From positions 1 to 60,884 of the forward strand of contig CACZHC010000008.1 of NCBI GenBank assembly GCA_902780865.1: 60,884 nt of DNA. Reading direction: 5' to 3'. The DNA comes from an uncultured bacterium. Its GTDB lineage: Bacteria; Verrucomicrobiota; Kiritimatiellia; RFP12; UBA1067. Position numbers and translations under genes: made by a program. The notes beneath the pieces were generated by a model. The model worked only from the letters and a program-made list of their open reading frames with translations, was not told the DNA's origin and did no database searches. This document shows positions 36,795 to 45,653 of this stretch, piece by piece (positions within the stretch are counted from its first letter, which is position 1; every line of letters starts with the position of its first letter).

Positions 36795-37376
36795 ATCGCA
36801 CAGTTCACTCGTGTCAACTTCAAGATTCGCGTTCCGCAGGTTCGCGTTCTTGATGCCCAGGGAAACATGCTCGGCGTAATGCCGACACGCGACGCACAGC
36901 GTCTCGCGGACCAGAGGGGGCTCGATCTCGTCGAGATCACGCCCAATGCACAGCCGCCCGTCTGCAAGATCATGGACTACGGAAAGTTCAAGTACGAAGA
37001 GTCCATAAGGGAGAAGCAGGCGCGGAAAGCCCAGAAGGTGCAGAAGGTGAAGGAAATCAAGTTCCATCCCGGCACCGACACGAACGACTTCAACTACAAG
37101 CTCAACCAGATCCGGGGATTCCTCGAGAGCGGCTGCAAGGTGAAGCTCACGCTTCAGTACCGCGGGCGCGAGAACGCGCACCGCGAGCTTGGCGAGGACG
37201 TGATCAACCGGGTTCTCGAGGAGCTCAAGGACGAGTGCTTCGTCGAACAGGCCCCCAAGACGCTTGGACGCGTCCTCGGCGCGCTTATCGGCCCGCCGCG
37301 CAAGAACGGCCCGAAGCCGCAGCCGCGTCCGGCGGCTCCTGCACAGCCGGGCGAGATTCGCATATCCGTCAGCTGA
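36795..37376 (+). CDS. infC: Translation initiation factor IF-3 with a non-canonical (ATC/ATT-class) start
   Basis: PPVCKIMDYGKFKYEESIREKQARK, IKFHPGTDTNDFNYK and LQYRGRENAH. The conserved N-terminal strand VNFKIRVPQVRVLDAQGNMLGV lies upstream of the first ATG (36867) in the same frame, after an in-frame TGA at 36789. No ATG/GTG/TTG lies between them. ATC at 36795 follows the SD GAGGTGA. Confidence 0.8.
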   Translation: MAQFTRVNFKIRVPQVRVLDAQGNMLGVMPTRDAQRLADQRGLDLVEITPNAQPPVCKIMDYGKFKYEESIREKQARKAQKVQKVKEIKFHPGTDTNDFNYKLNQIRGFLESGCKVKLTLQYRGRENAHRELGEDVINRVLEELKDECFVEQAPKTLGRVLGALIGPPRKNGPKPQPRPAAPAQPGEIRISVS

Positions 37377-37386
37377 GAAAATCGCG

Positions 37387-38244
37387 ATGGGAAGGTTCCG
37401 GTTGAGAGGCAGAAGGCGTCGTGACCGTGCGCACAAGATGCGCGCGGACATGATACCGCTGCGCATCATCGTTCCCAACCTCGTCACTTCTATGGCCGCC
37501 TGCGCCGGCATCACGTCCATCTCGCTTTCGAGCGAGGGGCGGTTTCTCCATGCGCTTATCGCGCTTCTCGTAGCCTGCGTATGCGACGGCATGGACGGGC
37601 GCATCGCGCGGCTCCTGAAGGCGAGCTCCAAGCTCGGCGCCGAACTCGACTCGCTCGCGGACTTCGTGAACTTCGGCGTCGCCCCGGCGATGTTCATGTT
37701 TTTCTGGCTCACTGGCGGTCCGGCGCACGAGGGCTACTCGCCGCAGATGGTTCGGCTCGTCCTCGGGTGCTCGCTCTTCTACGCGCTCTGCGACTGCTTC
37801 CGCCTCGCCCGGTTCAACACGATGCTCGAGCAGCCGACGCTCCCCTACTGGAAGCACTTCTTCACCGGGGTCCCCGCGCCAGGTGGATGCTGGATGGTGC
37901 TCACGCCCGCAGTCCTCGCGCTTGCGCTTGACGCGAAGGATAAGTATCCCGCGCTTCAGGGCGCGCTTCATAACCCGTACTTCGGCATGTTCATGCTCCT
38001 TTTCGTAGGCGCGCTGATGGCCTCGCGGCTTCCGACGATTTCGCTCAAGTCCGTCCATATCAGCAGGAAGTACCAGCTCCCGGTGATGGCGGCGCTGCTG
38101 CTTGTCGTCGCTCTCTTGATATCGAATTTCTGGATGACCGTCGGCGTGATGGGCGTTCTATACGTTCTCACGGTGCCTGTCACCGGTCTTGTTTTTCTGC
38201 GCGTCCGTGCCCGTGCACTTGACGAGACGGCCGCGAAAGTGTAA
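37387..38244 (+). CDS. pssA: CDP-diacylglycerol--serine O-phosphatidyltransferase (CDP-alcohol phosphatidyltransferase family)
   Basis: The motif DGMDGRIARLLKASSKLGAELDSLADFVNFGVAP fits D-G-x2-A-R-x8-G-x3-D-x3-D, and the protein has multiple TM helices. The start at 37387 lies 11 nt after the infC stop. Confidence 0.8.
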   Translation: MGRFRLRGRRRRDRAHKMRADMIPLRIIVPNLVTSMAACAGITSISLSSEGRFLHALIALLVACVCDGMDGRIARLLKASSKLGAELDSLADFVNFGVAPAMFMFFWLTGGPAHEGYSPQMVRLVLGCSLFYALCDCFRLARFNTMLEQPTLPYWKHFFTGVPAPGGCWMVLTPAVLALALDAKDKYPALQGALHNPYFGMFMLLFVGALMASRLPTISLKSVHISRKYQLPVMAALLLVVALLISNFWMTVGVMGVLYVLTVPVTGLVFLRVRARALDETAAKV

Positions 38245-38284
38245 AATTCACCCATTCTTTCCACAACAAAGGAGAAGTCAAAAA

Positions 38285-39019
38285 ATGAAGAACATGAAGC
38301 TTGCACTTGCGACCGCTGCAATCGCGGCCACAGTAACCGTCTTTGCCGCCGAGAGCGCGGCCGACAATGGCACCGAGGGACAGGGCGTAGGGGCAGTTGG
38401 CTGGACTCCCGTCCAGGTGGGCATTTTCGCGCCCGTGTCGATTCCCTGGGGTTTTGACTGGGACGTCAAGGGCTTCGACCTCGATCTCTTCTACATTGAG
38501 ACTGTCAAGCTCCAGGGCCTTGGCATCTCGGGCATTGCATCGCGTACCCGCGACAACCAGGACGGGCTCCTCATTTCCGGTGCCTGCAACTGGAACGACG
38601 CAGACGTCCACGGCCTCGGCATCACGCTCGGCGCGAACCTTGGCTTCGGCGACGTCTACGGCGTCGATATCGCGACGTTCGGCATGCGCAACCTCATGAA
38701 GGGCATGGACGTCAACCTGCTCGCCTCCTATCAAAAGGATTTCGTCGGCTGGCAGACTTCGGGCGTCTGCAACTTCACCGAGGGCACCTGCGTCGGCGCC
38801 AGCTTTGCGCTTGCTCTCAACATGGCGAAGATCGAGAAGGGCCTGCAGGTCGCGACGATCAACAGCGCGGAAGAGCTCCATGGCGTGCAGATCGGCGCGA
38901 TCAACGTCGCGCACGAGTGCCCCTGGGGTCTCCAGATTGGTGTCATCAACATCATCCTCGACAACAAGGTCAAGATCCTTCCGATTGTCAACGGTTACTT
39001 TGGCGGCAGCGAAGAGTGA
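38285..39019 (+). CDS. Secreted repeat protein with G-x-Q-I-G-x-I-N motifs (surface repeat family, function unknown)
   Basis: SD AAAGGAGAAG and signal peptide MKNMKLALATAAIAATVTVFAAES. Repeated motifs include GVQIGAINVA and GLQIGVINII. It resembles surface-repeat proteins seen in spirochaete and Bacteroidota annotations (from memory). Confidence 0.6.
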   Translation: MKNMKLALATAAIAATVTVFAAESAADNGTEGQGVGAVGWTPVQVGIFAPVSIPWGFDWDVKGFDLDLFYIETVKLQGLGISGIASRTRDNQDGLLISGACNWNDADVHGLGITLGANLGFGDVYGVDIATFGMRNLMKGMDVNLLASYQKDFVGWQTSGVCNFTEGTCVGASFALALNMAKIEKGLQVATINSAEELHGVQIGAINVAHECPWGLQIGVINIILDNKVKILPIVNGYFGGSEE

Positions 39020-39095
39020 GCAAGCCGGGTAATCCATTTCGTCTTCGTCGCTTCCTCCGCCGGCCGTAGCCCCCGTCAGGGTCGAGTCAAGGCCG

Positions 39096-39920
39096 GTGGC
39101 GCAGCAGGGTGCGCCGCTCGAGCTGAACATCCTCGACATCGAGCGCAGCCCCTACCAGCCGCGCCGCGATTTTAAGGAGGAGGAGCTGAAGGAGCTTGCC
39201 GAGTCGCTGAAGAACAGCGGCCTCGTGCAGCCTCCGACCGTGCGCAAGAACGCCGCCGGTCGATACGAGCTGATTTCCGGCGAGCGCCGCCTCCGTGCCG
39301 CGCAGCTCGCAGGGTGGAAGAAGATTCGCGTCACGCTCGTCGAGGCAGACGACCTCACGGCTGCCGCGATGACGACTTCCGAGAACCTCCAGCGCGAGGA
39401 TCTCAACCCGATCGAGGAGGCCGTAAGCTACAAGACGCTGCAGGACAAGTTCCACCTGACGCAGGCCGATGTTGCCGAAAAGGTCGGCAAGGGCCGTGCT
39501 ACCGTTGCAAACTCGGTCAGGCTTCTGGAGCTTCCCGACGAGGTGAAGGAGCTTGTGCAGTCGCGGCTCCTTTCCGTCGGCCACGCGAAAGTTTTGCTTT
39601 CCGTCGATTCCGAAAAGGACCGCATCCTTCTCGCCCGCGACAGCGTGAACGACCAGCTCACGGTGCGTGCGCTCGAGAAGAAGGTCGCGCGCCTCCACGC
39701 GCCGGTTCCCGCGCGTTCCACCGGCGTGCCCGATCTCCCCGACGCTTACGTCCGCAACCTTTCCGACAAGCTTAAGCGCCATCTCGGGTGTGCCGTGCGC
39801 GTGACGAGCGGAGTCACTCACGCCAACGGCAAGCACACGAAGGGCGTCCTCGAGATCGACTTCTTCGACAACGACGACCTCGACCGCGTCATCCGCATGA
39901 TCGGCGTGGAGATCGACTGA
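39096..39920 (+). CDS. parB: ParB/Spo0J-family partition protein
   Basis: PYQPRRDFKEEELKELAESLKNSGLVQPPTV, LISGERRLRAAQLAG, ENLQREDLNPIEEA and the HTH LTQADVAEKVGKGRATVANSVRLLELP. GTG start. No parA gene is adjacent. Confidence 0.85.
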   Translation: MAQQGAPLELNILDIERSPYQPRRDFKEEELKELAESLKNSGLVQPPTVRKNAAGRYELISGERRLRAAQLAGWKKIRVTLVEADDLTAAAMTTSENLQREDLNPIEEAVSYKTLQDKFHLTQADVAEKVGKGRATVANSVRLLELPDEVKELVQSRLLSVGHAKVLLSVDSEKDRILLARDSVNDQLTVRALEKKVARLHAPVPARSTGVPDLPDAYVRNLSDKLKRHLGCAVRVTSGVTHANGKHTKGVLEIDFFDNDDLDRVIRMIGVEID

Positions 39921-39922
39921 CG

Positions 39923-40777
39923 ATGGTCTCTGCGCTGCTCGCGGCGTCTCTTGTTTTTTCTCCGGCGGACGCAAGTCTCGCCTGTACCACTGCAGTACAG
40001 CTCGTCGAAAGGCACACCCCGCGCGATTCCGGCACGACGCGCAGCATGCTTGCCGCCAACTTTCTCCTTGACGCGGCGAGCGCTGCCGGCGCAGACGTCA
40101 GGCGCGACATGTTCGTCGCGAAGACGCCGAAGGGCGAACGCAGGTTCACGAATCTCGTCGCCACGTTCAAGGTCTCTCCAGGCGCGCCATGGGTCGTCCT
40201 CGTCTCCCACTACGACACGAAGCCAGGCGTTGACTGTCCTGGCGCGAACGACGGTGCTTCCACTTCGGGGCTTCTTGTCGCGCTCGCCGGCATACTGCGT
40301 TCGCAGCGGTCGCTGCGCGACAACGTGATGCTGATATGGACCGACGGCGAGGAGTGCATGACCGCATACATGGAGGACGACGGGCTATGGGGCTCGCGGC
40401 ACGCGGCGAAGGCGCTCAAGGAGAGCGGCGCGAACGTCAAGGCCGTGATATGCGTCGACATGCTCGGAGACAGGGACCTGCACATATCGATTCCAAGGAA
40501 CTCAAGTCCCGCGCTTTCGAAGATTGCGCTTCTCGCGGCGAAGAGGGCGGGTATCGCGGGCAAGGTCTCGCGCCTTGATCTGCTCGTCAAGGACGACCAT
40601 GTGCCGTTCATCGATGAGGGCTTCAAGTCGATCGACCTCATAGACTTCGAGTACGGCAGCGCACCCGGACTCAACGACTACTGGCACACTGCGAAGGACA
40701 CGCCCGACAAGATATCGGAAGATTCGCTTCTTATAGCTGGGAAACTTGTCGTGGAAATGCTAAATATCCTTCTTTGA
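39923..40777 (+). CDS. M28-family metallopeptidase / glutaminyl-cyclase-like protein
   Basis: Signal-like N-terminus, then HYDTKPG, GANDGASTSGLLVALA, WTDGEE, DMLGD and YWHTAKDTPDKIS (M28 zinc-ligand pattern). The start lies 3 nt after the parB stop. Confidence 0.7.
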   Translation: MVSALLAASLVFSPADASLACTTAVQLVERHTPRDSGTTRSMLAANFLLDAASAAGADVRRDMFVAKTPKGERRFTNLVATFKVSPGAPWVVLVSHYDTKPGVDCPGANDGASTSGLLVALAGILRSQRSLRDNVMLIWTDGEECMTAYMEDDGLWGSRHAAKALKESGANVKAVICVDMLGDRDLHISIPRNSSPALSKIALLAAKRAGIAGKVSRLDLLVKDDHVPFIDEGFKSIDLIDFEYGSAPGLNDYWHTAKDTPDKISEDSLLIAGKLVVEMLNILL

Positions 40778-40916
40778 GAGCAGCCCCGCTTTTCTTGGCT
40801 GAAGGGGTTTTCGCGTTTTTCGCCAAGCCAACTGCAATTTTTGTAAGCGGCGCAGTAGTGCCATTTATGATATAATATACGCATAAAATGATATCACAAC
40901 GGACTACACCCGCCGC

Positions 40917-42062
40917 ATGAAGATTCTACAGGTTCTTCCGGCGCTCGAACAGGGCGGCGTCGAACGCGGCACGCTTGAAATCGCCGCCGCGCTGACGGCT
41001 GCCGGCATCCCCAATGCCGTCGCAAGCGCGGGCGGACGGCTCGTCCACGCGCTCGACGAATTGGGCGTGGAGCATCTTCCGCTGCCTTTGGACAGGAAAA
41101 ACCCCATTACCTTGCGTTGTTGCGCTGCTGCCCTCGCCGAATACTGCAGGGAAGAGGGCGTGACCCTGATGCACGTCAGGAGCCGTGCGCCGGCGTGGGC
41201 CGTAAAGTGGGCGTCGAAGAGGTGCGGCGTCAAGTGGATGGCGACTTTCCACGGCGTATACGGCACAAGCCCGAAGTTTCTTAAAGTCCCCTACAACCGC
41301 GTGATGCTCAAGGGCGAGCGGACTATTGCCGTTTCAAACTACGTGCGTCAGCACATCCTCGCCACCTACAAGGGCGTCGATCCCGAAAAGGTCGTGCTTG
41401 TCCACCGTGGCGCGGATACAAAAGTCTTTCGTCCAGATGCGGTGCCCCCGGACGTCGCAGAGGCGAAGAAGACGAAGCAGTACGGCTTTGAGAAGGACTA
41501 TCCCGTAATCACGCTCCCGGGACGCCTCACCCGCTGGAAAGGACAGGAGATATTCATCGAGGCTCTTGGTATGATGCGCAATCATCGCTATGGGGTCTTG
41601 ATCCTCGGCTCCGACCAAGGGCGCACGGACTATTCCGACCATCTTCGCACAATTGCAGGGAGGCTCCCCGACGAAACGCGCGTCGTCTTCCGTTCGCATA
41701 CTTCGGAGATCCCGGTCGTATACGCGATGAGCGACATCGTCGTGAACGCATCATCCGCTCAGCCCGAGGCGTTTGGGCGCACGATTCCCGAGGCGCAGGC
41801 TTCTGGCTGTCTTGTCCTCGCGACCGCACACGGCGGCGCGTGCGAGACCATCAAGGACGGCGAGACGGGTTTTCTCGTTCCGCCGGGCGACGCAAAGGCG
41901 ATGGCCGCAAAGCTCGACGAGATGCTCGAGATGTCGGCCGAGGCCAAGTCTAAAATGCGCGTCGCGGCGGTAGAGTCCGTCCGCGCCGACTTCTCGACGG
42001 CGAAGATGTGCGAAAAGACCCTTGCAATATATCGCGAACTTCATGGAGAAATGCCGAAATGA
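40917..42062 (+). CDS. GT4-family glycosyltransferase
   Basis: MKILQVLPALEQGGVERGTLEIA and EAFGRTIPEAQASGCLVLATAHGGACETIKDGETGFLV (E-x7-E region). An extended -10 element, TGATATAAT, lies at 40868-40876. Confidence 0.8.
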   Translation: MKILQVLPALEQGGVERGTLEIAAALTAAGIPNAVASAGGRLVHALDELGVEHLPLPLDRKNPITLRCCAAALAEYCREEGVTLMHVRSRAPAWAVKWASKRCGVKWMATFHGVYGTSPKFLKVPYNRVMLKGERTIAVSNYVRQHILATYKGVDPEKVVLVHRGADTKVFRPDAVPPDVAEAKKTKQYGFEKDYPVITLPGRLTRWKGQEIFIEALGMMRNHRYGVLILGSDQGRTDYSDHLRTIAGRLPDETRVVFRSHTSEIPVVYAMSDIVVNASSAQPEAFGRTIPEAQASGCLVLATAHGGACETIKDGETGFLVPPGDAKAMAAKLDEMLEMSAEAKSKMRVAAVESVRADFSTAKMCEKTLAIYRELHGEMPK

Positions 42063-43096
42063 AGAAATCGCCTCGAATCCTTTTCGTCGGGAACTTCCTG
42101 ATTCGCCACTGGGGAAACGGGCGGAGCGGAATCGACATGCGCTTGGCGGCGGGGGCGATCAGGAACGGTTGGCAGGTCCTAACCTTTTCAGAGCGCGACA
42201 TTGCGCGCTTCCTCGCGCCGCTTGGATTTATGCGCAGCGTCGGCGCGAAGATGATGAACGACCGGCTTCTAAAGACGGTGCGCAACTGGCGGCCCGACTT
42301 CGTCTTCGTCGCGCACTGCGACTACATTGCGAACGAGACGCTTTTCGCCATGCGCGAGGCGGCGCCAGGCGTCAGGATCGTACACATCAACTGCGACCCT
42401 GTCGAGACCGAACACTGCTGCGCGCAGATTCGACGGCGCATGGACTCGTGCGACGCGATCTTCGTCACTACGGCCGGCGACAAGCTAAGGGAGTGGACGA
42501 CGGGGAAGAACGTCGTAGGATTCTACCCCAATCCGAGCGATCCTTCTTTCGAGGTCGAAGACAATTCCGCCAAGACGGATTTCGAGTACGACCTTTTCTT
42601 CGCGGGGCGGCCAGCAGACGCGGACCAGCGCAAGGCGCTTCTTGGAGACCTTCTCCCCAAGATCGACCCGAAGGTGCGTCTCGGCTTCTTCGGCATGGGC
42701 CGCCCGCTTGTCGTGGGCCGCGCGTACGAGGAGGCGCTCGCCGCGTCGAAGATGGGCCTTTCCATCAACCGCTTCGAGGGCTGGAAGTGGTATGCGTCCG
42801 ATCGCATTACGCACCTCATGGCGAACGGCATCCTGACCTTCCAGTATGACGGCAATTCGATGCAGGACTTCTTCACTAAGGACGAGACCGTGTTTTTCCA
42901 CGCGCCTGACGATCTTGCGGAGAGGATATCCTGGTACAACGTCCACGATGAGACGCGGCGCGTTGTTGCGGCGGCAGGGATGCGGAAGTACCGCCGGCTC
43001 TTCGACGCAAAGCGCGTCGTCAAGTACCTCGTCGAGACGTCGGCGGGCGAATCCCATCCCGAGAAATACGAGTGGGCTAAGGAGGTCTACTCGTGA
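42059..43096 (+). CDS. CgeB-like glycosyltransferase (Glyco_trans_1_2-type)
   Basis: ATGA overlap with the upstream gene. DLFFAGRP..RKALLGDL and the C-terminal VFFHAPDDLAERISWYNVHDETRRVVAAAGMRKYRRLF resemble the CgeB/DUF3880 family. Confidence 0.6.
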   Translation: MKKSPRILFVGNFLIRHWGNGRSGIDMRLAAGAIRNGWQVLTFSERDIARFLAPLGFMRSVGAKMMNDRLLKTVRNWRPDFVFVAHCDYIANETLFAMREAAPGVRIVHINCDPVETEHCCAQIRRRMDSCDAIFVTTAGDKLREWTTGKNVVGFYPNPSDPSFEVEDNSAKTDFEYDLFFAGRPADADQRKALLGDLLPKIDPKVRLGFFGMGRPLVVGRAYEEALAASKMGLSINRFEGWKWYASDRITHLMANGILTFQYDGNSMQDFFTKDETVFFHAPDDLAERISWYNVHDETRRVVAAAGMRKYRRLFDAKRVVKYLVETSAGESHPEKYEWAKEVYS

Positions 43097-44706
43097 TCTT
43101 CGAGGCGTTTAGGAAGTTTCGCTTAGAGCGGCCAAACGCCCCGGCGTTTCTTGTCGCGTCTGGCGACAGGTCGGTGCCGATTTCGTGGAAGCAGTTCACC
43201 GACGACATCGCGGCCGTCGTGTGGGCGATCGGGAAGTACTGCCCCCGCGCGAAGATCGGGATTCTCGGCGAAAACTCCTACCAGTGGATTGTCGCCCATG
43301 CCGCGTGCATTCTCTCTGGCTCGTGCGCCGTTCCGCTTGACGTGAACCTTTCGGCTGACGAGATATGCGAGCGGCTCGCTTTCGTCGACGCGAAGACGCT
43401 TGCCCATTCGTCGCTTCACGGCGACAAGGCGCTCGAGGCCTCGCGCCGGATGCCTAACATCTTGCGCGTCGGGTTCAGCTCGCTTGCCGCCGACAGCTTC
43501 ATGGAGGGCGGTCATACCGACGAGGCGTTTGCGCTTTGGGACGGTTCCGGCCCGCAGCGGACCGAGGAGGACGGCTCCCCGACTGTCGCGACGATGGTCT
43601 TTACGAGCGGGACGACGACCGTTCCGCGCGGCGCTGAGCTTACGCTTGCGGCGATAGAGTCGTTCGCGGAGTCCGGCAGCAAGGTGTTCCAGATGGGCAT
43701 GACCGACCGTTCGCTCATGCTCCTGCCGCTCCACCACATCTTCGGTATCGCTTCGACTTACTTGATGCTTGTGAACGGCGTCGCGCTTGGCGTCTGCCCC
43801 GACTTCAGGCGCATATACGACGCGGTGAACCGATTCCGCGTGGACTTTGCGTTTCTTGTTCCCGCGCTTGCAGACATCCTCGCGACGAAGTGCGAGCAGC
43901 ATGGCGTCAGGGGGCTGAAGTGGGTGCTTGTCGGCGGTGCGCCGATTTCGCCGCGCACGGACGACCGGCTTGCTGCACTCGGCATTCGCGTGCTGACGGG
44001 ATACGGCCTCACCGAGACATCTGCGTTATTTTCGCTTGCGCCGTACGGCGAGCCCTCTCGCCGCGGAAGCGCGGGAAAGGTTTCGCCTCTCCCGAGCGTC
44101 GAGACGAAGGTGTCGGAGAAGGGCGAGCTGATGGTGCGCGGGCCGAATGTAATGCTGCGCTACCATCGTGCGCCCGATGAGACTGTCGCCGTCCTGTCGC
44201 CGGACGGCTGGTTCAAGACGGGCGATCTCGGTCGCATAGACGCTGACGGCTATGTCTGGATCACTGGCCGTGCAAAGCGCACGATCGTCCTCTCGTCTGG
44301 CAAGAAGATCGCGCCAGAGGAGCTTGAGGGACTTCTGCTGTCATGCCCCGGGATACTTGAGGCCGTAGTGACTGGCGAGTCGGAGAGCCGCACGATAACG
44401 GCCGAGATATTCGCGGACATCCCGGAAGTCGAGGTCCGCGGCGTAGTTGCCGCGGTAAACCGGACGCTTCCCCTATATAAGCGCATCAAGCGCGTTGTCG
44501 TGCGCGGCGCGCCTTTCCCGCGCACGTCGTCCGGAAAGATACGGCTTCCCGTCGCGCCACTGCCGAAATCGCGGCAGAAGGGCCGCCATGCGCTGCCTGT
44601 CCCGCGCGGTTGGTGGCTTGCGCTTGCGCTTCTTGCCGTCGTTGCGCTTGCGCTTGTCGTAATCGCCGTATGCTTTATCGTCCATCTTTCGGCGGGGATC
44701 GACTGA
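43093..44706 (+). CDS. AMP-dependent acyl-AMP/acyl-CoA ligase with C-terminal TM anchor
   Basis: GTGA overlap with the upstream stop. Motifs MVFTSGTTTVPRGAELT, TGYGLTETS, FKTGDLGRIDADGYVWITGRAKRTIVLSSGKKIAPEELE and RTSSGKIR. The C-terminal helix is WWLALALLAVVALALVVIAVCFIV. Confidence 0.8.
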   Translation: MIFEAFRKFRLERPNAPAFLVASGDRSVPISWKQFTDDIAAVVWAIGKYCPRAKIGILGENSYQWIVAHAACILSGSCAVPLDVNLSADEICERLAFVDAKTLAHSSLHGDKALEASRRMPNILRVGFSSLAADSFMEGGHTDEAFALWDGSGPQRTEEDGSPTVATMVFTSGTTTVPRGAELTLAAIESFAESGSKVFQMGMTDRSLMLLPLHHIFGIASTYLMLVNGVALGVCPDFRRIYDAVNRFRVDFAFLVPALADILATKCEQHGVRGLKWVLVGGAPISPRTDDRLAALGIRVLTGYGLTETSALFSLAPYGEPSRRGSAGKVSPLPSVETKVSEKGELMVRGPNVMLRYHRAPDETVAVLSPDGWFKTGDLGRIDADGYVWITGRAKRTIVLSSGKKIAPEELEGLLLSCPGILEAVVTGESESRTITAEIFADIPEVEVRGVVAAVNRTLPLYKRIKRVVVRGAPFPRTSSGKIRLPVAPLPKSRQKGRHALPVPRGWWLALALLAVVALALVVIAVCFIVHLSAGID

Positions 44707-45653
44707 TGCATCGCAGAGAGAAGAGGATTTTTAGGGCCTTGCGCCGCCCGTTCGAGTGGGCGGGCGTCTTTATCGGCTACATCGTCCTCTCGAACCTGCC
44801 TCGCCGCGCAATGCTTGCCGTGTGCGACTTCGCCGCCGGTGTGATGTATTTCTTCGACAGGCGTGGCCGCGCGCTTGCGCTAACCAACCTGCGCGTCATC
44901 TATGGTCGCGACATCCCGGGAGCCGAGAAAATCGTGCGTCGTTCCTACCGCAGCATGGCGAGGACCGTCGGGCACGCGTTCTGGACATGTCGCAACGCGA
45001 AGGCGCGTGCGGCCGCCGCTGGCGAGATGAGCGACGAGGGGAAGGCATTTCTCGCGGCAAATCGCCCCGCCGTCACCGTGTCGGCGCATCTTGGCTGCTG
45101 GGAGATACTTTCGCAGCTTGCGTTTCTCGAGGGCCACCGGATGATGTCGGTCGCAAAGGACATCGGCACAAGCGGCATGACGCGGCTTCTCATGAAGGCG
45201 CGGCGTTCGATCGGGCAGGAGATCGTCCACGCAGACGGCGCGTTTCGCCCGCTGATGCAGGGGCTGAAGGACGGAAAATCCCTCGGTCTTCTCGTGGACC
45301 AGGTGGTGAAGCCGAGGAACGGCGGCGTGTGGGTTAGGTTCTTCGGCCGTCCTGTTCCCGTCTCCGCCGCGCCTGCGTTCTTCGCGGCGAAGGGCAAGGC
45401 GCCTGTGGTCATCGCGTGGAGCCGTCCGCTGAAGGACGGGCGCTGGCGTTGCGAAATTGTCAGTTCCTATCGTCCGGAAGACGCACGCGACATCTGGGGT
45501 TTCACTCAAGGGTGCATACGCGACTTGGAGCGCGTGATACGCCGCCATCCGTCGTGCTGGGTGCTCAACTATCGGTACTTCCGCAAGACGCCCACAGCCG
45601 ACGAGCTCGCGCAGCTCGAGGCCCGAGAGTCAAAGGCGAAGGAGTCGTCGTGA
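44706..45653 (+). CDS. LpxL/HtrB-type lysophospholipid (lipid A biosynthesis) acyltransferase
   Basis: ATGA-type overlap with the upstream gene. N-terminal TM segment and the motif SAHLGCWE (H-x4-E of the LPLAT/LpxL family). Length about 315 aa. Confidence 0.75.
   Translation: MHRREKRIFRALRRPFEWAGVFIGYIVLSNLPRRAMLAVCDFAAGVMYFFDRRGRALALTNLRVIYGRDIPGAEKIVRRSYRSMARTVGHAFWTCRNAKARAAAAGEMSDEGKAFLAANRPAVTVSAHLGCWEILSQLAFLEGHRMMSVAKDIGTSGMTRLLMKARRSIGQEIVHADGAFRPLMQGLKDGKSLGLLVDQVVKPRNGGVWVRFFGRPVPVSAAPAFFAAKGKAPVVIAWSRPLKDGRWRCEIVSSYRPEDARDIWGFTQGCIRDLERVIRRHPSCWVLNYRYFRKTPTADELAQLEARESKAKESS

Noticed and set aside
40782-40820. Possible terminator after the M28 peptidase gene (AGCCCC...GGGGTT followed by TTCGCGTTTTTCG)
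   Set aside because: The stem is only 6 bp including a G:T pair, with a 16-nt loop. This is too weak to call confidently.
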